Shown one piece after another: positions 28,232 through 38,956 of a DNA stretch of 64,000 nt. The first letter of the stretch is position 1; each line of letters opens with the position of its first letter. Source of the stretch: Nitrospirota bacterium (GTDB lineage: Bacteria > Nitrospirota > Thermodesulfovibrionia > Thermodesulfovibrionales > SM23-35); NCBI GenBank assembly GCA_963796125.1, contig CAWCKM010000047.1:66299-130298 (forward strand). The letters run 5' to 3'. The notes under the pieces were generated by a model. It was not told the origin of the DNA, ran no database searches, and saw only the letters and a list, made by a program, of their open reading frames with translations. The translations under genes and the position numbers were made by a program.

Positions 28232-28993
28232 ATGAAGCTGAGAGTGTTAGGAAGTTCCGGGGCAGAATTCGGTCGATATAACCTGCCGGCCTTTTTGGTA
28301 GACAAATGTCTGCTCCTTGATGCAGGCACCATAGGCTTGGCTATAAGAGAAGTTGAGCAGAGGAACATACGCTGTATTCTCTTAACCCATGCACATCTCG
28401 ATCATGTCAAGGGAATCCCCTTCTTTGCAGAAAATCTCTACATGAGACACAAGGGACATGGCGTTACTATTATGAGCATCCCTCAGGTACTTGAGGCACT
28501 GCAGAATAATCTCTTCAACAATATTTTATGGCCGGATTTTACAAAGATACCCGATGCCAAAAATCCTGTACTGAAACTCAAGAAGATAGTGCCTGGCCGG
28601 TCATTCCATATTTGTGCGCATAAAGTTACAGCATACAGAGTTAATCATTCCGTGCCTGCTGTGGGATATATTGTTGAAGATGTCAAAGGAAAGCGGCTTC
28701 TCTATACGGGAGATACCAGCCCAACCGATTTAATATGGAAGGCAACAGACAGGATAGATTGCGTGATAATGGAAGTGTCCTTTCCAAACAGGATGGAAGA
28801 GTTTGCCATCAAGAGCGGCCATTTAACGCCGAGGCTTATCGTAAAGGAGCTACAGAAGATGGACAGTTTTCCTGGTAGAGTTCTTATAACCCACCAAAAA
28901 CCTCTGTACTTTAAACAGATTCACAGGGAAATAGAGGCTCTTCGCATGAAAAATGTGAAGGTTGTGGAAGACGGCAAAACCTATGAAATATAA
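28232..28993 (+). CDS. MBL-fold hydrolase, class II cyclic-nucleotide phosphodiesterase-like
   Basis: LLTHAHLDHVKG metallo-beta-lactamase motif; 253 aa. The family call is tentative. Confidence 0.65.
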   Translation: MKLRVLGSSGAEFGRYNLPAFLVDKCLLLDAGTIGLAIREVEQRNIRCILLTHAHLDHVKGIPFFAENLYMRHKGHGVTIMSIPQVLEALQNNLFNNILWPDFTKIPDAKNPVLKLKKIVPGRSFHICAHKVTAYRVNHSVPAVGYIVEDVKGKRLLYTGDTSPTDLIWKATDRIDCVIMEVSFPNRMEEFAIKSGHLTPRLIVKELQKMDSFPGRVLITHQKPLYFKQIHREIEALRMKNVKVVEDGKTYEI

Positions 28994-28994
28994 A

Positions 28995-29082
28995 TTCAGA
29001 ATACAGAAAACAGTATTCAGAATACGGCATTCGGAAAGCTTATTTTTTACTGTTTACTGTCTACTATCTGCTGTTTACTTTT
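28995..29082 (+). repeat. Two adjacent heptanucleotide arrays (ttcagaa/tacagaa x6; tactgtt/tactgtc x5)
   Basis: The 7-nt units are counted base by base. The arrays are separated by 11 nt and end 3 nt before the accD ATG. Confidence 0.85.
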
Positions 29083-29085
29083 AAT

Positions 29086-29919
29086 ATGGCGTGGTTTAAG
29101 AAGACAAAAGATCTGAGGGCCGACAAGAAGGTAAAAATACCCGAAGGGTTATGGGTCAAGTGCGAGAGCTGCAAGGAGATCATATATAAGAAAGAGATAG
29201 ACAGGAATCTCCAGGTCTGTCCAAAATGCAATTACCACTTCAGAATAAGCGCACGGGAACGGTTGAAACTCCTCGTTGATGAAGGAAGTTTCACGGAATT
29301 CGATAATAATCTGTTATCAAGTGACCCTCTCAATTTCAAAGACACTATGTCGTATAAAGATAGGATGAAAGAAAACCAGAAAAAGAGCGGGCTTAATGAA
29401 GCAGTGATTTCCGGAGAGGCCTTCATCAAAGGTAACCCTGTCAGCCTCGTTGTTATGGATTTTTCCTTTATGGGTGGAAGTATGGGCTCTGTGGTCGGAG
29501 AGAAAGTCTCGAGGGCCGCAGAACGTGCTCTGGAAAAAAAGCAACCCCTTGTGACTGTATCATCATCTGGCGGCGCAAGAATGCAGGAGGGGATATTCTC
29601 ACTTATGCAGATGGCAAAGGTCTCTGCTTCCATAGGAAGGTTGAGGGGAAACGGGATCCTCTTTGTTTCTGTAATAGCAGATCCCACGTTCGGAGGAGTT
29701 ACCGCAAGCTTTGTTATGCTCGGGGATATCATTCTTGCTGAACCGAAAAGTCTTATAGGGTTTGCCGGACCGAGAGTTATCGAACAGACGATCAAACAAC
29801 CACTCCCTGAGGACTTTCAGAGGGCTGAGTTCCTCCTCGAACACGGTATGATCGATATTATTGTAGAAAGAAAGAACCTGAAGGATACGCTTGCGAAGCT
29901 CTTTGAACTTCTCCAATGA
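29086..29919 (+). CDS. accD: Acetyl-CoA carboxylase carboxyltransferase beta subunit
   Basis: Zinc ribbon CESC...CPKCNYH and a GGSMGSVVGEK / GGARMQEG core. Confidence 0.95.
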   Translation: MAWFKKTKDLRADKKVKIPEGLWVKCESCKEIIYKKEIDRNLQVCPKCNYHFRISARERLKLLVDEGSFTEFDNNLLSSDPLNFKDTMSYKDRMKENQKKSGLNEAVISGEAFIKGNPVSLVVMDFSFMGGSMGSVVGEKVSRAAERALEKKQPLVTVSSSGGARMQEGIFSLMQMAKVSASIGRLRGNGILFVSVIADPTFGGVTASFVMLGDIILAEPKSLIGFAGPRVIEQTIKQPLPEDFQRAEFLLEHGMIDIIVERKNLKDTLAKLFELLQ

Positions 29920-31285
29920 GCTACGGCGAGACAATTCATTACCTCTATAGTCTTCAGAAACAGGGTATCAAATTCGGTCTCGATAATATCACCAGTCTGA
30001 TGTCATCTCTTGGTGATCCTCAGAAATCATTTCCTTCCCTCCATGTTGCAGGCACCAACGGGAAGGGTTCAACATCAGCTATCATTGCGTCTGTACTCAG
30101 GACGCTTGGTCTCAAGGTCGGTCTTTTCACATCACCTCACCTAGTAAGTTTTACCGAGAGGATCAGGATCAATGATGAAGAAATACCGGAATTCGAGGTA
30201 ATACATATTGCCGAGGAGTTAAGAACAAAGATCTTGCAGATCCAGGCTTCTGACCCAGGCTTTTTACCTACCTTCTTCGAGGTTGTAACTGCAATGGGAC
30301 TGCTTTATTTCAAGAGGGAACAAATAGATATTGCGGTAATAGAGGTAGGGATGGGAGGAAGACTCGATGCTACAAATATCATCATCCCTGAGGTTTCCGT
30401 TATTACAAGCATAAGCTATGACCACAGAGAATTTCTTGGAAATACTCTCAAAGAAATAGCTTACGAGAAAGCAGGCATTATCAAAAAAGATATTCCTGTG
30501 GTCATCTCTCCTCAAATTCCAGAGGTTTTAGAGGGTATTGAAGAAAGAGTGAAGGAGAACAGGCACCGTTTCCTGTCTGTACGGCAGGGATTTTTCAGCA
30601 GCTCTCAAAAGAGAGGATGTTTCGGGAATATACTTTGATTACTACAGTAATAATTCTCTTATGCTCCATGATTTATACCTTCCTCTTACCGGTGAACATC
30701 AAATGCAGAACGCCTCTGTTGCAATAAAGGCAGTTGAATTGTTTTTTGAACGCAGGCTAAGCCGAGCTCTACGACTCATTACATCACTTCCAATCAAAGA
30801 TGGTCTCGCAACGGTGAAGTGGCCGGGAAGACTTGAGATGATAAAAGACGACCCGCCTCTTCTTATCGATGGAGCGCATAACCCTGCTGCAGCAGTTGCT
30901 CTCTCCCGCGCACTGGAAAATACATTCCTTAAACAATATAAAGGGATTATTCTTGTCCTCGGAATTATGGGTGACAAAGATATAGAGGGTATTATGAAGC
31001 CTCTTCTTCCCCTGGCTTCAGAAATCATACTGACTTCCCCTCATTACGAGAGGGCTGCTCCTCCCGACAGACTCGCCAGTGTAGCTGCATCTTTAGGGTT
31101 CCCTGATGTACGCACTGCGCCAACCGTAAAAGATGCTCTTGAATTGGCTCAAAATATCTTGTCGAGCAGTTAAATCACCATACTCTCACTCGTCACTTAT
31201 TGTGGTAACGGGTTCGTTTTACACCATAGGAGAGGCAAAGGAGTGTATCGGTTACAGAGGTGTGCTCACGAGGCTGCGGGAATAG
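29916..31285 (+). pseudogene. folC: Folylpolyglutamate synthase/dihydrofolate synthase FolC, at least 2 frame breaks
   Basis: HVAGTNGKGST P-loop. The middle part (LYGRDF...LPLTGEHQMQNA...DGAHNP) is in another frame from ~30555. The last 38 aa (...IVVTGSFYTIGEAKE...) are in a third frame from ~31165. Confidence 0.9.
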
Positions 31286-31287
31286 AA

Positions 31288-31322
31288 GTGAACAGTGAAC
31301 AGTTATCAGTGAATAGTAAGAA
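31288..31322 (+). repeat. Heptanucleotide array (gtgaaca gtgaaca gttatca gtgaata gtaagaa)
   Basis: Read directly from the sequence. Confidence 0.85.
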
Positions 31323-31380
31323 ATATGCTATTAATCTCTCAAGTTCTTAAAAATTATTTGAGATCTTTGGTTGTATTCTT

Positions 31381-31448
31381 GTCATGCCGGCTTGTCCGGC
31401 ATCCTTCTTTGAAGAAAGATTCCCGAGGCGACGACAAGCGGGAATGAC
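31381..31448 (+). repeat. Two-hairpin GTCAT...ATGAC element, copy B
   Basis: Near-identical to 73-132 apart from a 7-nt insert (ggcgacg). The flanking ~25 nt up to an ATG are also conserved. Confidence 0.8.
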
Positions 31449-33400
31449 AGACAACCAGTGGAACAGAGTTCGCTATGAAATTATTTTCATTATTTTACTA
31501 TTCACTATTCACTATTCACTATTTACTAATTATTGTTTTGCACAAGGAGAAACAACCATAACTTCCGAGACCCTTGAATACATAGAAAGTACATCCACAT
31601 ATATCGCAAAAGGTTCTGTGAAGATTACGAGCGGAGGGAGAGTCATTGAAGCAGATGAGATGATCTACAATGAACAGACAACCGGTATCAGTGCGTCAGG
31701 CAACGTACGGTATGATGACGCCCAGGTGGTAATCACGTCAAGTAAGCTGGAGTTGAATATGGAAACAGATACAGGCAAAGTTTATGATGCAGTGATCTTA
31801 TTCAAAAAAGACAGTTATCATATCTCCGGGAAATCGATCGAAAAGAGGGGTGAGAAGTATTACTATGCCCCTGAGGCAACATTCTCTACCTGTGATGATC
31901 CTGTTCCTGCATGGTCTTTCAAAGGTAAAGATGTAGATCTCCAGGTCGATGAGAGGTTAAAGGCAAAACATGTATCTTTTTACATCAAGGATGTTCCAGC
32001 GCTCTATACCCCTTATTTCTTTCTTCCTTTCCATACCGACAGAGAAACAGGTTTTTTGATTCCGGTTGTAGATTACAGTACTTCAAGGGGATTGCACCTG
32101 AACATTCCTTTTTACTGGGTCATATCAGAAAACAGGGATGCAACTGCGGTACTGGATGTCTATTCAGAGAGGGGAATCGGGGAGGGTCTGGAATACAGAT
32201 ATATAGAACCGGAAGGCATCAAAGGAAACTGGTGGCTTTACCATATAAGGGACACGGAACTTAATAAGGATTTCTTTGAAATGAGGGCATTGCATGAACA
32301 GAGGTCACAAGAAAGACTGGGAGGGTTTCTGAGCATCAACTTTGTCAACGAAAAAGATTTCTACAGAGAGTTCAGTCCCTACCTTGAGGTAAGCACACTC
32401 CGATTTCTTGAGTCTACAGGAGAGATCTCTCTCCCTCTCAGGAACTCCCGTGCTTATCTTCTAACTCAGTACTGGGTAGACCTGGAAGAGGAGCTAAGAC
32501 CTCCATTGCAGAGATTACCGGAAGCAGGATATGTCCTTTATCCTACAAAGGTCGGTCCTTTCTGGTTTTCCGGCACATCAACAGTCTCCAATTTCTGGAG
32601 GGATGAAGACATGTTTGGGCAGAGGCTTGATATCTACCCGGGGATGTTATCCAAGGTCGGTAATGAGTTTGTCCTTACCCAGTCACTTGGTTTTCGGGAA
32701 ACAGCCTATGCCCTGCACAGGACAGAGGAGGACTCATTACATAGAGAGGCAATTGAATATAACATTGGAGTCCATACAAGTCTTTTGAAAAGATATAGTT
32801 CCTTTACACATGTTATAGAACCATCAATCGGATATACCTTCATCACTGACTTCAGAAGATCCTCCTCTTTTCGATTCAACAGAACTTTTTAAAAAGACAT
32901 CGACAGTAGGAGCCTCCCTCGTTAACCGGTTCTTTTATAAAGGTGGAGAAGTCGCTATTTTCAGGGCTACACAGTCCTTTGATGCAGAGTTAGGTGACAG
33001 GCCGTTTCTGCCGTTCAGACTCGAGGTCGGGATTAAGAAGCCTGTCTCTCTGCGCCTTGATACAGCTTATGATGTACATGAAGGGAAGCTTGACAGCATA
33101 AATTCTGACTTGTCTTTCAATATCCCTAGAGGAACACTGTTTGTTGGGCAGAGATATAACAGGCTGGAGGATGTAGTCTATTACAGGGCAGGATTTGACC
33201 TTTACCCGTCTAAACCCTGGTATGTAAGAGGAGTGATATGGTACGACGACGATATGAAAGAAATCCGGGACATTTCTATAGATCTGAGATATTCGAGCCA
33301 GTGCTGGGGTGTGAATGTAGAATTTATTAAGAGACCCCATGACTTTACCTTCGCAGTAATGTTTGATCTCAAGGGTATTTCGAAAGGCTTCAAGATATAA
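31444..33400 (+). pseudogene. lptD: LPS-assembly protein LptD (OstA family), frame break near 32854; start uncertain
   Basis: OstA-like N-terminal domain and beta-barrel body. The C-terminal ~180 aa (EDPPLFDSTELF...RYSSQCWGVNVEF...) continue in the +1 frame to 33400. The in-frame ATG at 31444 lies inside the repeat. Confidence 0.85.
31493..31527 (+). repeat. Heptanucleotide array (attcact x3 plus variants) inside the lptD signal-peptide region
   Basis: attttact attcact attcact attcact atttact. Confidence 0.85.
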
Positions 33401-33965
33401 ATTTCGCTATCTCGAGATCTATCCTTTCTATTGAATCTTCAAGAGAAGTTTTGTCTGTATCAATAATGACCTCAGGGTTCAATGGCTCCTCATAGGGAAT
33501 AACCAACCCCGGCACCGGAGATCCCGCAGCTCCCTTTTTGTAAATATCCGCTGGTGCCTCGTGCCTCTCCAGCCTTTGCGTCTCTCTTTCCATGCATAGC
33601 TTGAGAGGACATCTGAGATATACCTCAATGTATTTCGGAATTATCCCTCTGGCGAGATCACGCCATCTCCTGAGATTCCCTGTTGCATCAATGATTACAT
33701 GGTGCCCGAGTTCTGTTAGTTTCTTTGCAAGAAAGACGAGGGCCCTGTAAACGATTTCCCTCTCTGAATCAGAATAGGTCGGATCAGGTGTGACGACTTT
33801 TCTAATCTCGTCCATCCTGAGAATAATAAACTCAGGGCGGACCTTTTTGAGGGCATCAGCAATGGTACTTTTTCCGCTTCCCGGGAGACCTGTTATCCAT
33901 AGAGCGATACCGCTTAACTCATTAGCATACTGAATTGCTTTCAATCTTCTAATATTTACAGTCAA
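33390..33965 (-). CDS. cysC: Adenylyl-sulfate (APS) kinase-like protein
   Basis: LWITGLPGSGKSTIA P-loop with an ...IIDATG.. core; 191 aa with a non-ATG start. Confidence 0.7.
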   Translation of the reverse strand: MTVNIRRLKAIQYANELSGIALWITGLPGSGKSTIADALKKVRPEFIILRMDEIRKVVTPDPTYSDSEREIVYRALVFLAKKLTELGHHVIIDATGNLRRWRDLARGIIPKYIEVYLRCPLKLCMERETQRLERHEAPADIYKKGAAGSPVPGLVIPYEEPLNPEVIIDTDKTSLEDSIERIDLEIAKFIS

Positions 33966-34069
33966 AAAAGGAAGACTTATGTCCTCTTCTGCATTGAATC
34001 GGTCGGTAACTTAGGGAGCTATAAGTAGATACTGAAGAAAGTAGGAAACTCTTTTAAGAAGAAACAGAC

Positions 34070-34336
34070 TCAATCAAATAATGATGTAAGGACTTCTGTC
34101 TTGTCTTCGATTACTTTTGTCAATTTCTCCTGTTCATTTTTCATCCTGAAGATTTCGTCAGCAAGATTCAGAGAAGTGAGTATTAATGCCTTTACTGGCA
34201 TCACATTTGGGATAGAACTGTTGACTTCCTTGAGTTTTATATCAACATATGAGGCGAGATTTCTGATATATTCTTCAGGAGCGTCGCCTTTTATTGTATA
34301 TTTCTGGCCAAGAATGATGACCTCGACACTACCCAT
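34070..34336 (-). CDS. zapA: Cell division protein ZapA
   Basis: VEVIILGQKYTIKGDAPEEYIRNLASYVD...ALILTSLNLADE. Confidence 0.85.
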   Translation of the reverse strand: MGSVEVIILGQKYTIKGDAPEEYIRNLASYVDIKLKEVNSSIPNVMPVKALILTSLNLADEIFRMKNEQEKLTKVIEDKTEVLTSLFD

Positions 34337-34338
34337 AC

Positions 34339-34641
34339 CTATTCCTTCTCAGATACGAGTGTTTCGAGTTCGTCGAGGAGACTTTCAATCTGGTTTTTTA
34401 TGGTATTTTTTTCATACCTGAGTTGTTCGATCTCCTCATTCTTATCGTTGAGGATCCCTTCAAGCTCTTTGAGCTTTCTTTGCGTAATGAGTTTTTCGTC
34501 TTTAAGGGTTTTGACCCTCTCAATAGCTGTACTGATCTTGTCTTCGAGGCTCTTTAGTCTTTCCAACGATGTAACCTCCTTTCTTAACCCTGTAGATTGG
34601 TCTTTACGTTGGTTGTCGTCAAAGAGGGTCTTCTTTAACAT
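34339..34641 (-). CDS. Coiled-coil protein, ZapB-like
   Basis: 100 aa, heptad-rich (LEDKISTAIERVKTLKDE...), immediately upstream of zapA. Confidence 0.5.
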   Translation of the reverse strand: MLKKTLFDDNQRKDQSTGLRKEVTSLERLKSLEDKISTAIERVKTLKDEKLITQRKLKELEGILNDKNEEIEQLRYEKNTIKNQIESLLDELETLVSEKE

Positions 34642-34667
34642 CGTATCTAAGATAACAAAGATTTATT

Positions 34668-36628
34668 CTAAAGTCTACCCATTTCCTCAGGTTTTTTTAT
34701 GGCCTCATTGTTGCCCGAGGGCCTTTTATATTCGAAGAAGGTAGTCATGACTTTTTTTACATAATTTCTTGTCTCATTGTAAGGAATATCTTCAATGAAT
34801 TCATCGACGGATTTATAATTTCCTTTTTGAATCCACTTCCTTACCTTCTCCTCGCCTGCATTGTAAGCAGCAAGGGCATAGGCATAAGAGCCGAATTCCC
34901 TGATGAGGGTACTCAGATAAAATGTGCCGACATGAATGTTGTTCCTGACATTGCATACCTGAGAAACATTTGTTATTCTTAGGTGCAGGTCACGGTTAAG
35001 ACGGAAAGCGGTCTGGGGCATAAGCTGCATGAGGCCAAGCGCCCCTGCTGTGGACCTGGCATTCGGATCGAACGTACTTTCTTCTCTCATGACAGACAGC
35101 ACAAGGAAAGGATCAATACTGTATTGTTGAGACACCGGTTCAACAATATTCCAGTATGCGTGAGGATAGCGGAGATGATGCACGGTTTCTATGGCAGGAA
35201 GTCTATTCGCAAGAATGACCAGATATCTGTATTCTCCAATGTCCTGTAATTTTGAGCCGATATACAGAATGTCTTCTATCGAAGTTGTGGTTTTTGAAAT
35301 AAAGATGAGTTCTGAAAGGGCATCTTCTGAAAGCCCGATTTCAAAAAGAGCTTCTGCCCGCTCAAATTTTTTAACTCCCGTATAGCCCCCTTTAAGTTCC
35401 CCCTTACTAAGGGCGTGATCATCCAGTAGAGGGTAAGGGGGAATTGAAAGGGGGTGGAGGCGGATTATTTTCATGGTTTCCTGTGTCACCGTGGGATTCC
35501 ATTGTTTCTTTAGTACCTAATTGTTCGATAGGTTCTTTCATCCTCAGAAAGGACATGGCACTGTAAAAGTCTCCATTCTTTTTCCTGAGTGTATGATATG
35601 AATCCTTGACATCTTTCCCTGAGGCTTCGAGGCTCCGTGCCTTCCAATAGAGATACTTAGTATCACTACTGTTCTCGTATAGTCTTGCGAAGACATCTGC
35701 AGCTTTCTCATATGCTCCGCTCATGAAGTAAGTCCATCCGATTCCCCACAGGGCATTTTCTGATTCTGAAGGATACTGTTCTAAAACATTCTGGTAAATC
35801 TTCAAAGCTTCTTCAATCTCACCCTCTCTTCTTTTGTCAGAAGCAACAGCGATAAGAATGGAGCCAGCCCTTCCATCTCCACTCTTCAAAAGTTCCTCAA
35901 GAGAAGAAGTAAATGTCTCTTTTCCCCCGGCCCGGTAGAGTGAATATACCTTCCAGAATTTTTCTTCTGCTTTCTCATATACCTCTGCTGCCTCGGAATA
36001 TCTTTTCTGTTTAAAAAGGGAGAGTCCGAGGTTTTTCAGGATCTCGTTCTTCAAACTCCCATCATCTTTTTCAAGCGCTGTCCTGAGAACAGACTCTGCC
36101 TCTTTGTAGTCCATGAGTTTCATAAAGTTCGATGCCTTTTCTATCAGGTCTCTTGTCTGCATATCTGCGGGACTCAGTTCACTGCAGGCCATTTCAGAAA
36201 GAGGGCAGGCACTGATACATATGTCCTTGAAAATTGACTTTGCAGCATCCGCATTATTCTTTTGAAGCCAGCGGGCATAGGAGTATTTTATTTCCATGTC
36301 TTTTGGATAATCCTTAATAAAGGATTCAAACAGTTGTTGCATATTTTCTTCAGGCACCTCTTGTGCTTCCGTGAGTTCTCTTGAACGTGCTTTCTTTTCT
36401 AAGGGGTGAATCAGGAAATTTTTTCAGGAGAGAACGGATAGTCTTCAGAGCCTCTCCATGATTTCCAGTTTCGTGATATGCGTCAGAAAGCCATAACAAG
36501 GCATAATCACCTAACAAGGGGAATTCTTTCTCTGCAATAGAGAGGCTTTTTATGGCATCTTCGTATTTTTTGCCTTCTAGTTCTTCTCTGCCCTGTCTTG
36601 AGAAATGCTTTGCCGTCAATATCTTCAC
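34668..36628 (-). pseudogene. Soluble lytic transglycosylase (Slt70-like: TPR-like superhelix plus SLT domain), 2 frame breaks
   Basis: Three abutting ORFs (36628-36350, 36357-35419, 35489-34668). The last one carries the SLT motif ESTFDPNARSTAGALGLMQLMP. The junctions are at ~36390-36400 and 35419-35489. Confidence 0.8.
35393..35462. repeat. GC-rich hairpin element inside the transglycosylase gene
   Basis: ttccccctt-actaa-ggg ... agggggaattgaaagggggtggagg. It coincides with the second frame junction. Confidence 0.55.
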
Positions 36629-36823
36629 AATAAATAGTCGAGCAATGAAGAATGAAGATTAAGAGGAACAGAAAACGTAGTTTCATAAAATTATATTAGT
36701 CAAAATGGCAGTCTTTGACAATATCAAAAAGGAACCATTCTTTTCGGTTTTACCACATGTCTAAGAGGAGAGACGCTGATAGTCACTTATTTGCCTAATT
36801 AATTCTGTCAGGTTTCTCTGCCA

Positions 36824-37297
36824 TTATCTACCCCATAATCCCCTATTATGCTCCCTTGCCTCCCTCTCGTATTGCCTGAAATCATCAAGATGTTTAAAGG
36901 GGTATCTGGTATAGGCAAAGCCATAGCCCTGCTTTATTATCTCGGCATTCAGAAAAGTTCCGTCTTCGATATAAACATAAGCTAATAGTCTTCCATATTT
37001 GTCTCGTGTCTGCCAGTCGTATTCAAGCCTTATTCCCTTACCTTCTACCATCCTACGTGTAAACTCAGACGCTTCCTTGCCAAAATATTCTACCGGCTTT
37101 CGAGGATGAACAGTCTCAGGCGTATCTACCCCTATGAGGCGGACTTTTTCTTCCTGGCCTCCTATTGTAACGACAATAGTATCACCATCTATGACACGAG
37201 TACAATAATTGTCTCTATTGCCAATCGAAGCCAAAGTAATAGCCAATGGTATCCAGAAAAGTGCAATCAGATAGGATTTGATTGGCCAGCGTGACAT
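36824..37297 (-). CDS. Thermonuclease (staphylococcal nuclease homologue), secreted or anchored
   Basis: VIDGDTI.V....E.VRLIGVDTPE...P...V..FG.EA..F........YGRLLAYV, with an N-terminal hydrophobic segment. Confidence 0.85.
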   Translation of the reverse strand: MSRWPIKSYLIALFWIPLAITLASIGNRDNYCTRVIDGDTIVVTIGGQEEKVRLIGVDTPETVHPRKPVEYFGKEASEFTRRMVEGKGIRLEYDWQTRDKYGRLLAYVYIEDGTFLNAEIIKQGYGFAYTRYPFKHLDDFRQYEREAREHNRGLWGR

Positions 37298-37543
37298 ATG
37301 ATTCTACCCGTCCACAGTCACATTACATAATCTTCCAGACAAGTAATGATCAGAGAAGCAGGGTGGGTATTTTGTCTGGAAGAATTAAAAAAAATTGGCA
37401 TCCCAAAAGTGTCCATCTTCGTTTCAGTATAGATTGACATTGACCTGTAAGCCCCGTGACTGCAATCACAGTGCAGAAGCTGTTCTAAGGGACGTGAATA
37501 TACTAATGCGGTCATTAGTAACGGCACATCAACATCTTTGTAT

Positions 37544-37618
37544 GTCATGCCAGGCGAGAGGCGGTTTAATCGGGCATCCAGTGTCTTTCTGGATTCCCCG
37601 GTCAAGCCGTGGAATGAC
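37544..37618 (+). repeat. Two-hairpin GTCAT...ATGAC element, copy D
   Basis: gtcatGCCaggcgagaggcggtttaatcGGGCatcc..gattCCCCGGtcaagCCGTGGaatgac. Confidence 0.65.
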
Positions 37619-37773
37619 GAGAATGTGGTCTTACTTATGAACTCCTTAGTAAATGAGGGGCGTATATGTGGTAATTGACAGTTATTAAGGAATGGATTGA
37701 TAAAAGGGACTTTTATTCCGTTGAGAATTTCTATCGCGAACTTAAACGTTTTAAATGGGAGGTTAAATAACCT

Positions 37774-38060
37774 ATGATAACCGCTGAGAAAATTTATAAA
37801 GAGATATTAGAGATGCCGATCTGCAAATGTTTCACTGCCCTCTTTTTTGGTCTTTTAATGAACCTAATGTCGGCGTCTTTTGTATCTTTGGAAAGGGTTA
37901 TCTGTTAAGGAGAGTATTGATTTATCGACTTTCAGAAATATTTACAGCTTTACCAAAGCATCGTCATTGGTATAGAACAGTTGAACTTGTGTTAAACATA
38001 CTAAAGAAATTTAACGACTATCATGACTGTCAGATAAATCAGGCGACAAGGACCGGGTAA
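37774..38060 (+). pseudogene. Decayed toxin-antitoxin module (addiction-module antitoxin start, then out-of-frame remnant)
   Basis: MITAEKIYKEILEMP resembles the N-terminus of small addiction-module antitoxins and then loses similarity. The downstream frame has ...RRVLIYRLSE.., a weak ParE/RelE-like string. Confidence 0.3.
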
Positions 38061-38206
38061 GGGACACATCAATTGTTGGTCAAATAGCGCATGGCGCGAC
38101 AATTGAAGAAGTGCTTTCAGATTATCCTGACCTCGAACAAGAAGACATCAAGCAGGCACTCGAATATGCAGCGTGGTTAGCACAGGAAGAAGTCTATCCA
38201 GTTTAG
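38027..38206 (+). pseudogene. DUF433-like antitoxin remnant (C-terminal half only)
   Basis: ...IVGQIAHGATIEEVLSDYPDLEQEDIKQALEYAAWLAQEE* matches the DUF433 C-terminal pattern (..EEIL.DYP.L..EDI.AAL.YAA). No intact N-terminus. Confidence 0.5.
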
Positions 38207-38211
38207 TCTAA

Positions 38212-38286
38212 ATGCGATTTCTTGCCGACATGGGAGTATCCCAGAGAGTTGTTAGCTGGCTCAGAAATGAAACCTCCGTTAAGTGA
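38212..38286 (+). pseudogene. DUF5615-like (PIN-like) toxin remnant, 24 codons
   Basis: MRFLADMGVSQRVVSWLRNE matches the DUF5615 N-terminus and is followed by a premature stop. Confidence 0.45.
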
Positions 38287-38344
38287 AACTTTACATAGAA
38301 AAATAAGATTTTTGCTATACTTAAACAATATTTGGGAGGTTAAT

Positions 38345-38629
38345 ATGTCATCAACCTTAAAAGACCGAATCATTAAAGAAATAGAGGATTTGCCTTCAGA
38401 GGTACAAGGAAAAATAATTAAGTTGGTTCATTCAATGAAAGAAGAAATTCTTGCATCGAAGAAAGCAAAACCAAAAAAGACGAATGCACTTTCTGATGTG
38501 GATAAACTTGCCTTTGAAACCAACATTCCTGACCTTTCATATCAGCATGATCACTTATGGGAGGGCAAGGGACATATCTCACATTTCTTCAATCTGCCCG
38601 TAAATAAGTGTACTTTGATATCCCAATAA
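38345..38629 (+). CDS. Small antitoxin-like protein (DUF2281-like), with no partner toxin
   Basis: An ATG with a gggagg RBS. MSSTLKDRIIKEIEDLPSEVQGKIIKLVHSMKEE... followed by ...DLSYQHDH.... The family call is weak. Confidence 0.35.
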   Translation: MSSTLKDRIIKEIEDLPSEVQGKIIKLVHSMKEEILASKKAKPKKTNALSDVDKLAFETNIPDLSYQHDHLWEGKGHISHFFNLPVNKCTLISQ

Positions 38630-38818
38630 ATTCTTGCCCCTTTTTTCTCTTTCCTATCCGGAAAAACAAAAGGTTCTTCAGGCTTTTCTATGAATACTCT
38701 CCACCCCTCTGGAAGGAAGGGCCTGGGAAGATTTCAGAATCACAAAGACCTCCATGTTTTTTAGAACGCCCTGTATATTCTCGAATATCTTTTGTTGTAA
38801 CGTAGCATTGTTCCTTTT

Positions 38819-38851
38819 AAATCCCCCCTCACCCCCTTTTCCAAAGGGGGT
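38819..38851. repeat. GC-rich hairpin element (aatcccccctcaccccc-ttttcc-aaaggggg)
   Basis: Same consensus as 45668-45702 and 47251-47294. Confidence 0.7.
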
Positions 38852-38956
38852 TTATTCCACGACAAATCCCTGAGGAACCAAGCAGAAAGAGGCCTACTTA
38901 TGACGGAGAAGTTAAAAAAGATGCAAGATCTTAGTGCGATGAATCCATCAAGTGTT

